A DNA stretch of 64,000 bases from Acidobacteriota bacterium. Its GTDB lineage: Bacteria > Acidobacteriota > UBA890 > WLXD01. Below are positions 61,088 to 64,000 of this stretch, one piece after another. The DNA lies in the NCBI GenBank assembly GCA_965205505.1, contig CBDBHB010000009.1, positions 1,344,001-1,408,000 of the forward strand. Direction: 5' to 3'. Below the pieces are notes generated by a model. It made no database searches. It saw nothing but the letters and a program-made list of their open reading frames with translations, and was not told the DNA's origin. The stretch's first letter is position 1. Each line of letters starts with the position of its first letter. The translations under genes and the position numbers were made by a program.

Positions 61088-63799
61088 TTACTCGTGAGTC
61101 AGTGCCGACACCGGATCCATCGCGCTCGCTCGGCGCGCCGGCACGTAGCACGCCGCAGCGGTAACAAGCACAAGGGTGACGGCGAGGCCGGCGATGAGGT
61201 TCGGATCGAGCGCACTCATTCCATAGAGCAGGGCCTCGAGCACGCGAACGGAGGCCAGGGTGCCCGCGATGCCGAGGACGACTCCGAGGCCGACGGGCGC
61301 CAAACCGCCGCGCACGACCAGGGCCCGGATGTTCCCTCTCCTGGCACCCAGCGCAATCCGGATGCCGATCTCGTGCGTGCGTTGGGTGACGGTGTACGCA
61401 ACCACTCCGTACAGCCCGACCAGAGCGAGCAGGAGCGCGACGGCAGCGAAGATCCCACCGATCAACATGTGGAAGCGAGGACGTGCGAGAGAATCGAGAA
61501 TCCGACCGTCCAACGTCGACACGTCGAGGGTGTACAGGTCGTCGATCGACAGAATGGCCTCGCGGATTGCGGGCACGAACCCGAGGGGATCGGTCGTCGT
61601 CCGCACAATGAGGGATCCCTGGCGCCATGGGATGTACACCCGATATCCCTCGTTCTCCGCGATCCACCGGCCGTCGTCGAGCCTTCGATAGGACACATCC
61701 GGCACGACTCCGGCGACGGTCCAGCAGCAGCCGTAGAGCCCTAGTTTCTTGCCGATCGGGTCCTGGCCTGGCCACACGCCCGCGGCAAAGCTCTCGCTCA
61801 CAACGACCTTCCCGTACGCGTCCACCTCAGTGCAGACCCTGCAGCCCGTCATCGAGCTATAGCGACGCCAGTCGTTGACCCCATCCCATTCGGGGACATC
61901 TCCACCTCGAATGATCGGGATGCCCAATGTCTCGAAGTAACCGGGCGAGATGTACACGATCTTGCTCATCGTCATCTCCTCCACCGGCCAGTCCAGCCAG
62001 GTGCCCTTTTCATACTCCTGGAACTGGATCGGGCCAGCCCTGTACCCGTCCCCGTGCGAGAGTGGCGGGGTGCCGCGGGCAACCGAGATCACCCCCGGTA
62101 TGGATCGCACTGCCGCCAGGAGGTCATAGGCCTCGCGCCATTCCCGCTGCCGCACCTCCGCGCCTGCTGTACCCGCGGTTGGCGTGAACTGTTCCCTGCT
62201 GCCGTCCCTGACCTCCACGACCAAGATGTTCTCCGAGCGGAACCCGCGGTCGGCCACAAGGAGCTGGAAGAAGCTCTTGCCCAGAACCGTCCCTCCGACC
62301 ATGAGCATCAAAGTAAGGGCCACCTGAATCACGATCAGCGGCGTCGAGGAGCTTCGACGTCGGCCGCTGGTATTCGCAGACCTCGTTGCCTTGAGTGCTT
62401 CGACGAGATCGATGTCGGAGGCCCGGAGCGCTGGCAGCAGACCGAACAGGAGGCTCTCGGTCAGGAGCAGCTGGACTTGTCGGCGCCAGCTTGCCCCGAT
62501 GGCGAGGCGTACGGCCAGTTCGGCCTTGCGGCGCGAGCCCATCGCCAACAGTAAGTGGGCGAGATTCACGCACGCGATGAGCAGGACGAACCCGACGAGG
62601 CCCATGAGCGTGTAGAGGTCGGAGCCGAAATCACGTTCCACCAGCTCGTGGACCGGGGTGACGCCAATACTCCAGCCCTCCAGCGCCTCCGGATAGGCCT
62701 CCGCCAGATTCGACGTGATGCGTTGAAGGTCTCTTCGTACCTCTCCGACAGATCGGTCTGGGGCGACTCTCCCCAACACCATGAAGTTCTTGTTGTGGCG
62801 CGGTTGCTCAAAGGCCTGGTACCAAAGCGGCATATAGATGTCGATGTCAGATTGCAGCAGATTGCCCCGAAACGACACCGCCGGTAACGTGAATTGCTCC
62901 GGAAGCACTCCCACGACGGTAACTGGCGCCGAATTCAGTGAGATCTCGCTGCCGATGATGTCGGGATCCGCACCGTAGCGCCGAGCCCAGATGTCGTGGG
63001 TCAGGATGGCGATGGGTGGCGAGCGCCAACGTCGTAACCCCGTTTTTCCTCCGGAGTACCCCCAACTCGTCCCGGGCGGAGCAACGTCGTCCGGTAAGAA
63101 CCCGCGCCCCATCATCGGCGCAATCCCCACGACCGTGAAGAAGGACGCCGATACGGACGTTGCACGGACCCACTCCGCGGCCCCGGCGCCCCCCCCCCCA
63201 ACAGCCATGTACCCGTCGTCCCATTCCCACTCGGAGATATACGCCATGCCACTCAACGTGCGGTTCTGCTCCGCGTAGACGTTGTAGTTGAGGGCGTTGA
63301 TCGGGACATCGCCGTGGGCTTGGTTACCCGCCGCGACGTACTCGGGATTGGTTTCCCAGATCTGTACGAGTCGTTCCGGCTCGGGAAACGGCAGCGGTCG
63401 CAGGATGACGGCGTCAAGAACACTGAAAATGGCCGTGTTCGCCCCGATCCCGATCGCGATGGTCACGATGGCGACCGCAGCGTAGCCTGGTTCCTTGCGG
63501 AATCGACGAAGCGCGTAGGTGGCGTCTTCGATGATGTTGCCAAGCGCGGATCCTCGGGCGGCAGGCACGCCGGACTTCAGATCGACTCGGGAAATCCGAC
63601 CCGACGCCACGGCCCACAGGATTCGACGAGTCTGACGCCGGTACCACGCACGTGCCTGGCGCTCAGATGACCGTTTGGCTAGCGCTCGGAATTCCTCGAG
63701 CAAGTCGCCCCGGATCATCTCGCCCTTGAGACCACGCGGCAGGAGACCCTCCAGCATGGTCCGCAGGAAACCCTTGGGCAGCTCGGCCGGCGCGCTCAT
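61088..63799 (-). CDS. ADOP-type duplicated MacB/FtsX ABC permease
   Basis: IRGDLLEE, YALRRFRKEPG, IGIGANTAIFS, LLIACVNLA, GLYGVVAYTVTQRTHEIGIRIALGA, PARRASAMDP. ATGA-coupled to PadR. Confidence 0.9.
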   Translation of the reverse strand: MSAPAELPKGFLRTMLEGLLPRGLKGEMIRGDLLEEFRALAKRSSERQARAWYRRQTRRILWAVASGRISRVDLKSGVPAARGSALGNIIEDATYALRRFRKEPGYAAVAIVTIAIGIGANTAIFSVLDAVILRPLPFPEPERLVQIWETNPEYVAAGNQAHGDVPINALNYNVYAEQNRTLSGMAYISEWEWDDGYMAVGGGGAGAAEWVRATSVSASFFTVVGIAPMMGRGFLPDDVAPPGTSWGYSGGKTGLRRWRSPPIAILTHDIWARRYGADPDIIGSEISLNSAPVTVVGVLPEQFTLPAVSFRGNLLQSDIDIYMPLWYQAFEQPRHNKNFMVLGRVAPDRSVGEVRRDLQRITSNLAEAYPEALEGWSIGVTPVHELVERDFGSDLYTLMGLVGFVLLIACVNLAHLLLAMGSRRKAELAVRLAIGASWRRQVQLLLTESLLFGLLPALRASDIDLVEALKATRSANTSGRRRSSSTPLIVIQVALTLMLMVGGTVLGKSFFQLLVADRGFRSENILVVEVRDGSREQFTPTAGTAGAEVRQREWREAYDLLAAVRSIPGVISVARGTPPLSHGDGYRAGPIQFQEYEKGTWLDWPVEEMTMSKIVYISPGYFETLGIPIIRGGDVPEWDGVNDWRRYSSMTGCRVCTEVDAYGKVVVSESFAAGVWPGQDPIGKKLGLYGCCWTVAGVVPDVSYRRLDDGRWIAENEGYRVYIPWRQGSLIVRTTTDPLGFVPAIREAILSIDDLYTLDVSTLDGRILDSLARPRFHMLIGGIFAAVALLLALVGLYGVVAYTVTQRTHEIGIRIALGARRGNIRALVVRGGLAPVGLGVVLGIAGTLASVRVLEALLYGMSALDPNLIAGLAVTLVLVTAAACYVPARRASAMDPVSALTHE

Positions 63800-64000
63800 G
63801 AGCGCTTGCCGGGGAGCAGGTCCTCGATCCCACTCCACATTCCGAGCAGAACGTCGCGCTGGGCCGCCACCGCCGTCAACCCGACTTCGGTCAGCAGGAA
63901 TCTACGTCGCCGGCTGCCGCCGCGTTCGTCCGTGCTCGCCGCTGTTTGCCACTCGAGAAGCCCACGCTTCTCCAGTCGCTCGAGCGCTGCGTACAGTGTT
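63796..64000 (-). CDS. PadR family transcriptional regulator, 5' partial
   Basis: TLYAALERLEKRGLL..ERGGSRRRRFLLTEVG. Runs off the window edge. Confidence 0.88.
   Translation of the reverse strand, partial: TLYAALERLEKRGLLEWQTAASTDERGGSRRRRFLLTEVGLTAVAAQRDVLLGMWSGIEDLLPGKRS

Overview
GC-rich bacterial window of mostly accessory and catabolic genes. The ADOP-type permease with PadR, the Ser/Thr-kinase relics and the many secreted hydrolases suggest an Acidobacteriota- or Gemmatimonadota-like organism (inference). From left to right it holds: the tail of an uncharacterised methyltransferase/YbhN/RibD/FkbM/sulfatase-like cluster head-to-head with opgG-opgH; a Tat-signal Rieske oxygenase; a divergent RsbU-type phosphatase and CGNR zinc-finger pair with twin 29-bp palindromes; a beta-oxidation cluster; secreted hydrolases; a complete IS630; and a peptide/amide catabolic group. 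Most notable: (i) two selenoprotein genes that the ORF track splits at in-frame UGA (WASW-U-GC redoxin; GCLT-U-PPF deiodinase-like protein), each followed by a SECIS-like hairpin; (ii) a CTAG-targeting MITE/REP family present as one full copy and several collapsed relics, often at stop codons; (iii) a 3' fragment of initiator tRNA-Met that looks like an att site; (iv) an MBL gene lying between the head and tail of a destroyed Ser/Thr kinase gene; (v) several frameshifts and in-frame deletions, either gene decay or assembly error. All calls come from reading the sequence; no database searches were run.
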